From Nemertoderma westbladi (Eukaryota > Animalia > Xenacoelomorpha): a stretch of DNA of 64,000 nt. Each line of letters opens with the position of its first letter. The stretch's first letter is position 1. A program made the position numbers and the translations under genes. Shown piece by piece: positions 1 through 13,154 of the stretch. The notes under the pieces were generated by a model. It was given only the letters and a program-made list of their open reading frames with translations, had not been told where the DNA came from and did not search any database. The stretch spans positions 1 to 64,000 of the forward strand of contig JAUCBJ010008380.1 in NCBI GenBank assembly GCA_032718475.1, given 5' to 3'.

Positions 1-109
1 GGGTGATAGGGAGTTGTGGCGGCGCAATTTTGTTGACAAGCCGGCACAGCATTCTTAAAAATGCAGCTGCAATGCAGCATGCCGATCCTAGTAGTAGTAG
101 TAGTAGTAG
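1..109 (+). mobile_element. 3' end of RTE-clade LINE (family A) with (TAG)n tail
   Basis: Near-identical to 55398-55498 (ORF end, short 3'UTR atgcagctgcaatgcagcatgccgatcc, then tagtagtag...). Confidence 0.92.
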
Positions 110-1979
110 ACAAATACCTGACAAATATCTCAAAAACTATTCGCTTTATGCTTGTTTTGAAGGTGTCTACAACAACTAAATCGGTCATTGCGGTTCTAAA
201 TGAGCATAATATCAATGCAGTAGGAATACGAGAAGTGGATCATCACAAAATGGGGAATATGACTCACTTGTGCCAAGGGCAGGAACTGGCCATGTGCCTG
301 TGGGAATATTTACTGTCCTCCCCAAATCAAAATTTTGGTATCTTTCTAAGTTTGGGCCCATTTGATGACATCTGATTTGCGAACTGAGTTGAAATCAAAA
401 AAAGTTTTTCATTGATATTGAATGGTACAGGTACAAAACATGATGAGATGAAAATTGACCTCAAAGTCAACATGTGTAGGCCCCTATAAATTGTAAAATT
501 GAATAGATCCCCTTGCAAATTTTTACATTTTTGTTTTTCTAATTGAGAAGTACTATAAAATAATAAATGTCACAAAATTTCGAGATAAAATATCAATGTG
601 TGACAAAATTGTGTAAGTTTAAATCTTCGATGGGACAAAAATGACCTCAAAGAGAGCACAAGGGTTAAATCGACTGCAGTTTTCAAGCCCGCCTCTAGGC
701 TGGTGTAAAGTGATCAAGGGCATCTGCTTAGATTTTGCTTATTTTTCTTTCAAGATTACACTTGCATAAATTTATGTCACGTGCTGCGCGAAGGACCCAC
801 TTCAGGTATAATATGGTTAAGGTTAAGTTACACAAATTATAGCTATCGATAGCAGCGCAAGCAACCCTCAGCGCCAAGCCTTTTACAGTAGCTGCTAGCT
901 GGCTCCCAAACTACAAGCAAATAGACAATGGGTCAACGGTCAACAACAAACAACCCTCAACCCTGGTAGCCAATGAGAGAACCTAGAGCTTTCGAGTATT
1001 TTTAGTAATTATTACAGGTAGGTAGGTATATTAATGTCATGTAGTATTATAGGAATTGGACCAAATGGAATGGTGGGGAGTCAGGTCAGGTCAGTGGGCA
1101 GGAGTATGTGAATCCAATAATATTGATTACCAACAATATTATTATTAATTAATTGTGAACAAGAGAAGTGAACAATACATGTCTGTGGGGGGGGGGTTAT
1201 CAATACAGTATATTTTTAAGACATGCCGAAGGTTAATTTTATCGGTAGCCATTATTTACTTTATGTTGTCTTACAATTATTGAACCTGTTATTTTAAATT
1301 TATTGAAAATACTCAGTCAAATTTCTATTATTATAATTAATTTGTAATTTAAACTCGTGTCAAATTATATTATCTTGAGTAATAACTTATTTTCAACAAT
1401 GTTATTGCTTATAACATCTACAACAGGATGAGCTCAGCGTCATTTGTGTGGGCCGCAAGGATGGGAAACATATGTGGGAAGTATGTGAGAGATATTATCT
1501 TCCTCAATCGGGATTAGTTGCAGAATGAGACGCAGGATAATTGTTGGGCTGATGCAAGATAGTTTTGAGAATAATTATACCTAATCATATATAAATGGAT
1601 TTCCTTTGTTATTTTTTTGTGTCAATATGGGGGCGAAATAACAGTTACGACTAACGAGTAATATAATTTATAAAATAAATAGTAAGTAAATTGTAAATAA
1701 ATATTTAATAATAAATAATAACAAATTTTCATTTAAGTAAAATTGACACCTTCGAAAATAAAAAGTGTATAGTATAGTATAGTAAAGTGTATAAAGTAAA
1801 ATGTATACATGTAAAGTGGAAATAATGTATGTAAAGTGGTGTACATACAGTACATACAGTATGATAGGGTTCAATCAAAACAAATATGAAATATATTTGT
1901 AATCAATCGCAAGTAATAATATCCGACCAACAAAAGTAAATTCAGCAGTTAGTGTAGCTTTTAGGGATATCTAGAGGTC

Positions 1980-2215
1980 CCTAAGCAAATCACACTAACG
2001 TGTTAGTGGCACTTATAGTTAGTGAGCTTGGTGGAACAGGCTAAGTGATAAGGGTGGCTCAGGTTAGTGGCACTAAGCAGTTAGCCTAACGTGTTAGTGG
2101 CACTTACAGTTAGTGAGCTTGGTGGGACAGGCTAAGTCATAAGGGTGGCTCAGGTTAGTGGAACTAAGCAGTTAGCACTAACACTAAGCAGTTAGTGAGA
2201 GTTGGTGGAACCGGC
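1980..2215. repeat. ~90-bp tandem repeat (about 2.5 copies) ending in ttggtggaaccggc; probable MITE arm remnant
   Basis: ctaacgtgttagtggcactta...cagttagc occurs at ~1995 and ~2086. Confidence 0.65.
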
Positions 2216-3337
2216 TGCTGATTGGACAGAGCTTGTTTAAGTAGACTGAGTTGAGTTGAGTAGCTGGTTATAATAACGGTTGGACTTGTCAGATATCATA
2301 CTGTGATACTGTCATATTGGTTTACACTATTACTGTATTATTATAATATTATACTACTGTACTATTAGAAAGTTGATAGAGTAGGTAATTTTATATATAT
2401 TTTTTAGCCTATTTAAATATATTTTTTTAAATAATAGTTTTTTTTAATCATAAATAATTCTGCAATATAATTTAGTATAAATAATTTAGCATTTAGTATA
2501 TCCTAGTATTATGTAAACAGTAGTATAATTAAAATGAATTACTGTATATGTTGTTCATAATAATAGGGTACGGTACCTTTTTTCATGGGTGACTACAAAA
2601 CAAAGATCAAATACCCAAATAATAAAGACCGGCATGCATAATATAGTAACATGTGTTAACTTTCGTTTATTGTTTTGGTTCCCCCAACACGCCTCTGTAA
2701 GCTGCTCCATAACTAACCTGCTCCTTTAAATGACAATCGCACCTAACACTCTTTGGGACCTGTACAATACAAAACAAAAGAGGTAAAGTCGCATTACGTC
2801 ACAAAGAGCGTAAGGTCCCATTGCCATAGAGCATTACAGCCTTAGTAGGTGAGTCAGAATTTTTAATTGATGAATTACTGCGGTGTGGTGTAGCTGATGT
2901 AATTTCGAATTTCGATGGAGACGCCTTTGTTAAAAGCTTTGTAGCTACAGAATGAAAGCGAAAATAAAAATACTGCCACTACAACTCAACGCCACTACAG
3001 CACTAAGGAGGAGGGAGGTGGAAATATCTCTTCCAAATTTTATGCAATCTCATTACGATTTGTGGAAAACAAAAATTTTGGGGGGTGGTGGGGTGGGGCA
3101 TGTACCTGAATAACGACACTATATTCCAGGACATGGTGTATCTCAGCTATTTCTAATACAGTACTGCAGTAATAGTGTTGTAAATTTGGCGCTATAGAAG
3201 TTAATCATATTATTATTTCCATCTGACTGTACCACAGTACTTATTACAGTATTATAGGCCTACTGCTTATTGTTTATACAATAATTGTTAATATTGGCAT
3301 TTTATGAGATATTTGATATTTGATTTGGAACTGTAAA

Positions 3338-5045
3338 ATGAAACGCATAACGGATTTCTTTTCTCCATTTTCATCTGAGACATGCGGAAATGATATTGAT
3401 ATAGTGGTGTAATATCACCATCCCCCAGCCCAGCTGGCCCCCCACCAGCCAAGTTGTCTATTATTGTGGATCATTCAACAGACTCTGAATCTGCTCTTGT
3501 GATAGCTGTACCAAGCAAAAGCTACACTCCTACTGCACCTGCTACGAATCCAAATGACATCGCAATCGGATTAGACATTTTTGGAATTGACAGATTTGGA
3601 ATGATTAAATTTACTCCAAAATCCATGGACTCCACCACGATATTTTAGCTTTCCTTATACGGAATGGATGGATGGTGGTAAAGTTAGGAGGAAATATCTG
3701 GGGCTTCAACATTTAACTGGCGATTATGCCAACTTTTCTTATTCTCTCTCATTGCTGGGTGTTCTTTGTCGTCCTTGTGTTTTGTTTGGTGGAGAGGTAG
3801 CAGGTGGTGTAAAGCTGAAAGGATTAATTAAAACCCCTCTACAGAAGTTTGCGCACTTGACTGGTAAAGACGGTTACTTAACTAACCATTTAAAGCTGAA
3901 GTTTCATGAAGATAATGTGGAGAAGTTGAAAGAATTTCAGAAAGTAATGGATAGCAGTAAAGGAGACGTTACTTTGAGGCTCCTTCCTCACTAGAACGGG
4001 AAAAGAACAGGCATTTGTTGAAGCGTATCCTGATTGCGACCGAGCATCTGGGTAGATTAGGGTTAGCACTTCGAGGTCACCGTGACAATGGTAATATTTC
4101 GATCCCTAGTGCTGCTAGTGGCGGTTGTTACAATGCAAGTGATATTGATTACACCCAAGGGAACTTTCAGGCTGTTTTATAGTTAATGGTATCATGTAAT
4201 GATGATGTTCTAAGGAACCACTTGACGTTCTAAGGAACCACTTGATGTTCTAAGGAACCACTTGATGTTCTGTGGTAGTAACTCTTCCTATATATCGTAT
4301 ACATCTCAAAACAGTTTAATAAATTATATCGCAGCCGTCATCCAGAGGGTTATAATGAAAGAAATAAAATAGGTGAATCAAAATTCTTTGCACTTTTGGC
4401 AGACGAGACTACTGACGAATCCAGAAAGTCCCAGTTGTCAGTGTGTGTACATTATGTGTCTGTTGTTAATAAGTTACATGTCATGAAGGAAAGGTTTTTA
4501 ACCTTCGCTATTGCAACAGATTAGACTGGAAAGGGTCTCTCTACACAGCTTGTCGATATTCTTAAAGCTGCTGGAATTAATCCAAATTTCATGGTTGGTC
4601 AAGGCTATGATGGTGCGAGTGCGATGTCTGGAAAAGATAATGGCGTTCAGAGTTCTATATTGAAGGAGTACCCGATGGCCTCATTTGTCCATTGTTGCTC
4701 ACATAATCTAAACCTGTGTTTGACACATGCTTCTGATATCCCTGATATAAGGACAGCATTCACAGCCATGCATAAAGTTGCTGCCTTTTTCAATGCCAGT
4801 AACAAACGACGCGCATTATTATTGTATAATCAACAATGAACAAAAATAACAGCTCATGTATAGCCAACATTGTTTAGCTATGTCCAAAGTCATCATATAG
4901 CAGGTTAAAGTAGCTCTATAAGACGCGTTGGGTGAGTGTCATGAATCAATGGATGTTTCTTGTGAACTTTATCCAGCTGTTGTTGCTTCTCTAGAGACCA
5001 TTTCACTTTCTAGGTCTTCCGATTATGGGTGTGATGCTATTGGGA
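3338..5045 (+). pseudogene. Degenerate hAT transposase (ZMYM/THAP12-like type)
   Basis: Fragments CRPCVLF..HLKLKFH, LRGHRD, ADETTD (~4400), GQGYDGASAMSG, VHCCSHNLNL. Several stops and frameshifts; 20-bp triplication at 4205-4270. Confidence 0.88.
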
Positions 5046-5047
5046 CT

Positions 5048-5081
5048 GCTGCAATGCAGCATACCAATCCTAGTAGTAGTA
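5048..5081 (+). mobile_element. Very short RTE family A 3' tail remnant
   Basis: gctgcaatgcagcataccaatcctagtagtagta matches the RTE 3'UTR and tail at 55462-55498 with 2 mismatches. Confidence 0.75.
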
Positions 5082-5976
5082 AGATGCAATTTCCTAGATT
5101 TCAACGACGAGCGAGTTTTCTTTCAGCCTTGTCCCGGTTATCGGCCTGTTTTTTAAACATTGTTCTTAATTTCCCATCTGTTGATTGTAGTACAAGATGG
5201 TGCCTTCGCAGAGATTTGAAACTGGCAAGTTTTTATATGGCCTTTCGTCTTTGTTCTTATTGTTGAACTCGGACCATTGCTCTGGGGTAATCGCTAGCCA
5301 TTTAGTTTCTTTTGAGAGGGAATCATTTCCCTGGCATAATAACGCACATTGAAAGTCACCGTACATAACTTCAACAACCCATAAATAAGTTGCACCATTT
5401 CTGGAAGAGGTCTCGGCTACCATTCAAAGGCTAAAAAATTAATTTAATTTTGGAAAACATAAAGTTTAAGTATATCTGTCAACCAATATATAATTTAATG
5501 AATCAATCTCAATTGATCAATATATTTTCCACCAACCTACCCATCAATCAATACACCAATATATGTATAAGTAAAATGTCACACAATGTGTGACATTTTT
5601 TTTTCAAAAAGTTTTTGGATTTTTTTCAAAAAGTACCAAGTGCCAAAAATGATATTTTCCAGTAGAACATTTTTTAAATTTCTAATTCTATTTTTAAATG
5701 TACAGGCGTGGTAGTTAGTTCATAGTTATAATAAAAAAAAACGTCTAATTTGACTTGATTTATTAGCACTGCCACATACTCTTCCCCATCAAAACATTAT
5801 AGATACATTGTGACTTGGGCCTTTTTAAAAAATACAATTTCGTAACAAAGTGCAACATTTTAACTTTTCAAAATGTCCCAAGTTCAGAGCCACATTAACC
5901 TAATGATTAAAATAAACACCCTAGAATCACTTTTCACAGTTTAAAATCAGTCTATCAAAATCTTCCCGTTCACGTT

Positions 5977-7488
5977 TTAATTATCCTCTTCATCAGTTTC
6001 ATTTGGGGCATCTGCTACGTCACATCCTGGAACAAGAGCTTCATATTCGTGATGGAATTCCTCTGGAATTACTCCACGATTGCAGAGGGATATTAGGTCA
6101 CGGAACTTAGCCTCAGATATAGGTACCTGGTTGGGATAAGCATGGTTAGGAAGGTCTAGTGGTTTCTTTTGATGCCTTCCCCGATGTTTTGGAGTTATAA
6201 TCATGTTAACGTCTGCGTCTCTACCCAGTGATACACAGTAATTCATGGTTACACCTTTGACCGTAACGCTTTCATTTTTCTCAAACCACACCACCCTTAT
6301 CTTGTTCCATCGAACCCTACTTCCTTCCTCATCTAGGACCCGACCAGGAAACAAAATATTCACCAGGGATTTCCAGTCTAGCGTATCTTCCGATCTTAAC
6401 TCTATGACCTCATAAGGCTGGCTCACCTTGGAGTGTCGGACTACTGTATTCCATTGTGATGGCGCCCAGACCTCTCTCTTTTTAATGTATGTCTCAATTC
6501 GGCTATGGATAGAATCAACTGGCATGTTTGTATGCCCTGTGAGCAAGAAAACGAGACAAATACGCTCAATATTCTTCAACCGCAATAATGTCTCATGTAG
6601 AGCTGCAATCACAATTCTATTACGGTTTTGGCCTCCGCAGCTATCACAAAAGAGATTGACCTTAGTTACCAGTGGAAATTTATTGTCCAAATCGGCCAGG
6701 TACTTAAATAGCACAGATGCCACTTCATTAGCTCCCCACTTAGATGTATTTTCACCCCATAGATAGCATAAGCCACGTTTAGTGCCGCTTTCAAACACAC
6801 TCTCATTATAAAATGCGAAACGTCGTGAATATCCAACAAGCATTGAATCAGAGTGTGGAGTGTTCAATACTTTCTGAAGGTCAAAGCTACAACATCGGTA
6901 AGTATCAGTTTCCCTCTCCTTGCATCTCTTAAACAAGGCAGCAGTACAAGCCACTTCCCTGGTATGGGCCTCATAAACCTCCACTTCTAAAGAAGAGTCG
7001 TTTCTTCGTTTTCTGACACAAAGACCACACTTATTCTTCTTAGGAATATGGAATCCTAAGTTAAACTCGGACTTTAAAATCTTCCGAAATACACCATACT
7101 TGACTGGATTGGCTACTTTTCTAATGTAAATGCGATGAAGCTGCTTTTCACTCTGAAAGAAATTGGGAAGATATTTTCTTTTAGTTTCCTTTCTGCAGTA
7201 GTGAGACGACATTGCTGGTAAGTTGGAAATAAAATTTCGAACTGCCTCCTCTTGCTCTCCTGCGGTACGTCTATGCGGACCTCCTGACTTGCTTGATGAA
7301 AGGGCACCTTGCGCATTGATGTTGCTGGCAATCCCCTTTAGCACATGTTCTCCAATGTCGAGGATGCATTGTATAAAACTACGACATACTTGAACCTTTT
7401 GACCATCTTTATATAAGAACCATTCAGCAGTGAAGCTCTTGGAATGTTTTTTTTCGCTCCCCCCATTTACCTTTCTCTTGCGCTTATA
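5977..7488 (-). mobile_element. Sola1-type (DUF7869-like) DDD transposase, 5' end truncated by the adjacent element
   Basis: ORF 5977-7344 has SHYCR..YL, C-x2-C, FDLQKVL.TP, WGE....GANEVAS, FCDSCGGQN, GHT.M.VDSIHSRIE. The frame continues upstream to ~7485. Confidence 0.8.
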
Positions 7489-7489
7489 A

Positions 7490-8610
7490 AGGGGGGGCTT
7501 TCAGTAAAGTATACACATTTTTAGATTTTCAATAAAATAAGAAATACATAAGGCCAGCCAATTAAATCTATACCAATAGGTTGGGGATGGGCGCGAGAAA
7601 AAATTTTGCCTAAAAAAAATTTTTTTTGTAGCCCTCTAGCGGCGGGTGGAGTAATATCAAATTTTGCTAAAAATGCTACTCCTCCTCCAATTTTCATCCA
7701 AAATGCACGTTTTTAGACTCATTTTGGAGGTAATTATGTTGCCTACGAAACTTGTAGAACAATTTTTTGAAAAAGATTATTTTTAAAAAAATATAACCAA
7801 AATAGTGCATTTTTAAAAAATTCACGTTTGTTTTAATGAAAAACACCGAATAAAAACTATTTATAGAACATATTAAAAAAACTGTTCTACAAGTTTTTTA
7901 GGCAAAATGATTCTACAAGATTTTTAGGCAACATGATTATCTTCAAAATGAGACATAAAACATAAAATTTGACTGAACCATAGCCGACTAGTAGCATTTC
8001 AAGTCCTAAAAAATTGGATTCTGAGAAAAATGCAATTGAAAGTGAAAGTAATTTATTTATGTATTTTCCAAAATTGAAACTACTAATTACTCGTTTTAAC
8101 CCCTTGGGATTGGTAAACTGTTGTTCAGGTGGTGCTATGGGAAACATATGATGGTGGTGGTGCTCAGTTTGGATGAAGTGGGTGAAAAACGGGCAAAAAA
8201 CGAATAAGTTGCATAAAAAATATAAAAAGTACAGAAGTTAATAACCACCCGGTTTGTATTTAGAATCGTTTTCTTTGGCCAGTTTGAGTAACTTAGATCT
8301 GTAGCTATCTTTCCGCGTTGCTTTCTGTTCCGCCTTCTGTATGCTGCTGCTTATTCTCTTCAAGTCTTTCCTAGTTTGTTCGCATTCAGTGGCCTCATCG
8401 ATATCCGAGCAGTTCAATGCACCTAAAATTGCAGAACGCGAAGTTGCACCACAATTACAGTACAATATTGCAATCTCAACCCTCTGTTGACCAAAGAACT
8501 TATGCTTTGGTGCCCTTGACCATACCAAAGAGTTCAGCGATTCGCTTTGATTCTGAGTGTGACTAGGAAGACATTGTTGAAGCAATTTCTGATTTGTTAG
8601 GCGTCGATAT
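7490..8610 (-). mobile_element. Kolobok-like DNA transposon 3' fragment
   Basis: ORF 8238-8585 has CL...TQNQSESLNSLVWSRAPK and a C-terminal YKPGGY. Purine-run terminus (a)ggggggg at ~7490. Confidence 0.65.
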
Positions 8611-8766
8611 ATTGGAATTTGGCAATTAAATTGTGCTGTAAAATTTTACGATGACGCAACATCACATCATCCCGAGGAGTACACTTCCTGGGTTTATCTA
8701 TGTCGCGCTTGTCATGGTAGCTTACATAAAAAAGGGACGGTAAAGCCCAACCCACCCACTACGGGG

Positions 8767-9465
8767 TTGGACAACCAAGTCTCTAGTTTGAGTAAACTCG
8801 TCGCATCACAAACGGAATTACTCAAATCGGTCTCTGAGGAACTGAAAATGATGAAAAATCCTGCCAATGATAAGGGTGGAAACACGCCTGGAAGCGGAGG
8901 ACGAGGTCCGAACCCGGGCTCGTCCGCTCCGCTAGCCAAAGTGGTAGAGTCCTCCGTTCGGGATGTATTCCGCGGCGAACAGTTGAAAAAAGAAGCGATA
9001 ATTGCGAGATTAAAGGACTCAGACGACAACGATTTCGATAAAACCGAGGTAACCAGTCTTTGCACCCATGCGGGTGTAGAACCGACAGCGGTTACCGAAG
9101 TAACACGTCTAGGACGGAAGAATCCAGACTCGGATAGGTTAGTCAAGGTATCCTTTAAAACGGAACAAGATTCCCGACTATTCCGAACCAACATCGAAAA
9201 GGCGAGGAAAGAAGAAGGGTCTTCTATCAATGCTGAGATTCGAGTTCGAGCGAGTCAATCGCTCGAACAGCGGAAGATATATAAAGATCGCTCAAAGATA
9301 GTCTTCAACTTAAACAAGGATACGAAGGAAGCGCAAGGAACCAACGTTACAGAAAGCTACAGTCTCAGACAAGATGGCACAATTTGGAAGTTCGCTAAAC
9401 AAACTGATGGCAGATGGAAACAGGAACGGGACTGGCGCCATCGTCCACAGGCACAGGAAAACTAA
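8767..9465 (+). CDS. ORF1 (C-terminal part) of a CR1/L2-type LINE
   Basis: Coiled-coil N-part and VTRLG...RLVKVSF RRM-like ORF1 motif, directly upstream of and overlapping the APE ORF. Confidence 0.7.
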   Translation: MDNQVSSLSKLVASQTELLKSVSEELKMMKNPANDKGGNTPGSGGRGPNPGSSAPLAKVVESSVRDVFRGEQLKKEAIIARLKDSDDNDFDKTEVTSLCTHAGVEPTAVTEVTRLGRKNPDSDRLVKVSFKTEQDSRLFRTNIEKARKEEGSSINAEIRVRASQSLEQRKIYKDRSKIVFNLNKDTKEAQGTNVTESYSLRQDGTIWKFAKQTDGRWKQERDWRHRPQAQEN

Positions 9466-10503
9466 CTGGGGGAGAAGATCAGAATGAGAAACCTCTGATT
9501 AATTGCTGTTTTTTTAACGCGCGTTCTCTAAATAGCAAACTAGCGGATTTAAATCTGTTTTTAAACAACACGGATTCAGATATAATAGGGATAAACGAAA
9601 CTTGGACTGACGATAGTCTACCAGACGCCGCGATCTCTGGGGATAAACAATTTCAAGTATTTAGAAATGACCGCCCAAGTAGAGGTGGTGGGGTGGCTAT
9701 CCTTGTCAGCAATTATATTAAGTGTATAAAGGTTTGTTTATCTCAGCTGTATGATGAAGCGGAAATAGTAGCAGTTGACCTTATAGGAAATGATCCATTA
9801 CGGATCGTTTCTGTTTATCGGCCGCCTGATATTTCACAGAGTGCTAACAACAACTTGTGTTTAGCACTATCTGAACTTTGTGATATAAAATCGCCCTGTG
9901 TAATTGCAGGAGATTTTAATCTACCTTATTTTGACTGGAATCAATTCTCATTTCCGGATTCCGACCTGTATAATGCAATGTTGGTCATGGTTTTAGAAAA
10001 CGGTCTCACCCAACTGCAGTTTGAAAAAACACGTAATGAAAATGTCCTAGATTTAGTCTTCACAACAGACGAATTAGTTGTATCTAGTGTGTCAGTTGAC
10101 GAACCGTTTTCTACGAGTGACCATGATTCGGTGTATTTTAATATTTTAGCGCCCGGGCAATTTGCCCAATGTAAACCATTGGGGTTTTACGATTTTGCCA
10201 AAGGAGATTTTACAAATTTTTCTGCCTATCTGGATAATATTGATTGGCATCATTTATATAGCTCGTGTACTACCATAAATGATTTTTGGGGTAATTTTTG
10301 TATGGTGTTAAAAGCAGGAATTGATCAGTTTGTGCCTTTTAAAACCATTAAGGGGAATAATAAAACTCATTATCCGACTTATGTAAAACAACTGCAAAGG
10401 AGCAAGAAATGCCTATGGAGGCGTAGACACACGGAAGGCGGCCAAGCCGCATATAAAAGAGCGGCCAAGGCTGTTTCACAGGCAGCATTTAGAGCGGCCT
10501 GCA
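9414..10503 (+). pseudogene. ORF2 APE endonuclease of a CR1/L2-type LINE, truncated before RT
   Basis: NARSL, INETW, RNDR..RGGGVA, VYRPP, GDFN, LDLVF and SDH motifs. Sequence switches abruptly to an inverted RTE at 10504. Confidence 0.9.
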
Positions 10504-11127
10504 CTAGTCATCCACATGCTCAAGCATACCATATTTTGAGCTTATGCTCATCCGATCAGAGACTTGCTGAGGACTTTCAAAGTTAACTGTCAAAATTTTG
10601 GTCTTTCTGGAGTTAATAAAAAGACCAACACTAGAAGCAGCATGTTCTAATGAGCTGAGGAGCCGTTGGGCTCCCTCTAGTGATTCTGAGAGTACTCCTA
10701 AGTCATCAGCAAAGTCTAGATCAGTTAGGTACTTGGCAGGATTTCCTCGACTTCTGGAGCCAGTAGGTGGAGATATCATCACCCCATCATCATTATGATG
10801 ATCTAAGGACATGCGTAGAAAATAGTCAACTACAATTATGAACAAGAATGGTGCAAGTGTGTCTCCCTGGAGGACGCCCCATAATACTTCAAATGGTTCT
10901 GTGTCACCGTCAACAGTAGACACAAATGTTGTCGAACCATCGTATACTGATCTGATTGCTGCAATAATTTCATCAGGAATCCCATATAATGAAAGTATGC
11001 TGAACATACGTGAGCGAGAGACTGAATCAAAGGCCTTGAAGAAGTCAACAAAGATAACAGCCAGATGCCTGTCTTTCTTTTTTGATAACTCTTCAATTAT
11101 CCTTCTAAGTGCCAAAATGGGCTCCGG
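10504..11127 (-). mobile_element. Internal RT fragment of RTE family A
   Basis: Reverse complement of ~54262-54878 (VDFFKAFDS, GVLQGDTLAP, FADD). Confidence 0.93.
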
Positions 11128-12039
11128 ACATACCTAAAGGAAAAAAGAGCAGGGCGGCAAGGCGGGTAGACTAAGCTCAAAGAGCAGGGCGGCTACTTCA
11201 AACATCTATAGGCCATGCTAATATTGGAATCCCGCAGAGCTTGAGAGTGATTGACAGGCACAGTAAAAATACAGATGGTGTGTATGGTGACTTTCTGAAT
11301 TGCAGTTTCAGTACACCTGCCATCTGCAGAAGTTATTGTCCAATTTCTCCAACTCCATAAGTCAACATGGCATGGCCTTGTGTAACAATGGCACTAATGA
11401 AATGGGCCGCACTTTTGCCGCCTAGTTGAATTAATGTGCTGCCCTGTCAAGCAAGGAATGCCTTTATAAATTTAATCAGCTACAGTCATACTGATAAATA
11501 TTTTCCACTTTATATAAATAAACAAATTTAAAAGCAGAATCAATATTAATTTTCTGAAACTAAAGAAACCGAATGTCCTAACATTCGTTTCTCAGTTAGT
11601 TTAACGGTTATGTCCTTGTCGTCCAAACCTTTGTTACTTTGTTTAACCGCTATATTCCACCATATTCGTTATATAGAATTGAGGCACATGCTCCAATGAA
11701 CCTCCGGCCGCTCGCCCGCTGGCCGTAGCGATCAGGGCTAATTGGATTGCAGGGAGTAGGAAAACTTGCAAACCTTTTCTACTTCGGTGCTCTTTCAACA
11801 CATGTAATAAAATTTAAGAAATTCCACCAAAAATAATTCGCCAGGATAGGTAAAATCAAAAATAATTCGCCAGGAAAAAGTAAAATCAATGCATTCCAAT
11901 GGGTTACTTTTTTCCCTAGGGAAAGAAGTACTAATTTTCTCCTGATTTTGGGGTATATTCGAGCGAAAAAGTAACAATTTAAGAATAAAATTTATAATGT
12001 ATATTTAATGACAAGTAATTATTAATTAAGTTAATATGT

Positions 12040-12162
12040 AAAGGTCGAATAATCGAATCGAAGTCGAAATTTTTTACCTGAGTCGAATCGAAATCGAATC
12101 GAAAAATATATGGGAAATCGAAGATGAAAAATTGCTTTCGATTCAATTCGAAGCCAGTCCCT
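12040..12162. mobile_element. hAT-like MITE end with subterminal TCGAA repeats
   Basis: Cluster of tcgaatcgaa ending in gccagtccctg (CAGGG terminus on minus strand). Partner TIR not identified. Confidence 0.45.
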
Positions 12163-13154
12163 GATGATTATGAGCGATTGGCGAACGATAACCATATAGC
12201 GGCCTACTTTGTTTTTTTAATAAATAATTAAATTTTTTGAAAAACTCCGCGAGGATCCCGGTTTATCCGGTGTCTAATCTACGCGTCCCCGCCGTGTGTA
12301 TGTGAAAAGAGTTCTGGGTTGTTGATTGATCGATGTATATAGACGTAAGGGTATGATATAAGATATAAGATATAGCACAGTTAAAGTGAGTGATAGAATG
12401 TACCGGTAAAATGGCTTAATATTGCTGACAGTAGACGGAGATGGTGATTAGAGTTCCGGTACTGCCCTAACTAACTGACTTACTGAAGTGAATGAATTGG
12501 CACAACGAATTATAATATATATTGCACTGGTTGGCCGCATTGCGTTACTCAGTGAATGCCTTCCCCCCATTGGCTAATAACTCACTTCTCACCCTCCCAT
12601 CTCTCTGGGAGTGCCTCCCCCCGCTGCTGTCACTCTCTCTCTGTGTAAGACTTTAATCATTAATAGGGTTTTGCAATCAAGGCGTACTATATACAAGGCC
12701 AAATATAAAGCGCAGACATAGTTGGTTAATAATAGGAATATTTAATTATTAATATTGCATTATCCAGTTATCAGTCGATACAACACACTTCACGTCGAAC
12801 CCACCACCTTATACTGGTATAGCAACTTAAAATATACAAGTGCAGCACGGTACGCTAGGCCTATGTAATAGCTGAAAGCTACTAACAGCAATAAACTGCA
12901 CCGAATGGGAAAAACACAAAGCATTGTAAGAGAGTGTTGTAAATCACATTACATAAATGGATAACGTACTATACATCCCCCCACGTCGCAAAAAATTTAT
13001 TGCGATATAAAGTTTTCTTTCAATCTAAGGATAAAAAATTTCTTGTTATAAAAAGTTTGTTTTCCATCTTAGGGTATTCCCAGTTTTTGAGGTTTCCTAA
13101 TAACGCGACCTTTTAAGGTGGTGTATACAGGTGTAGGTATTGGTTGTGGGGTTA

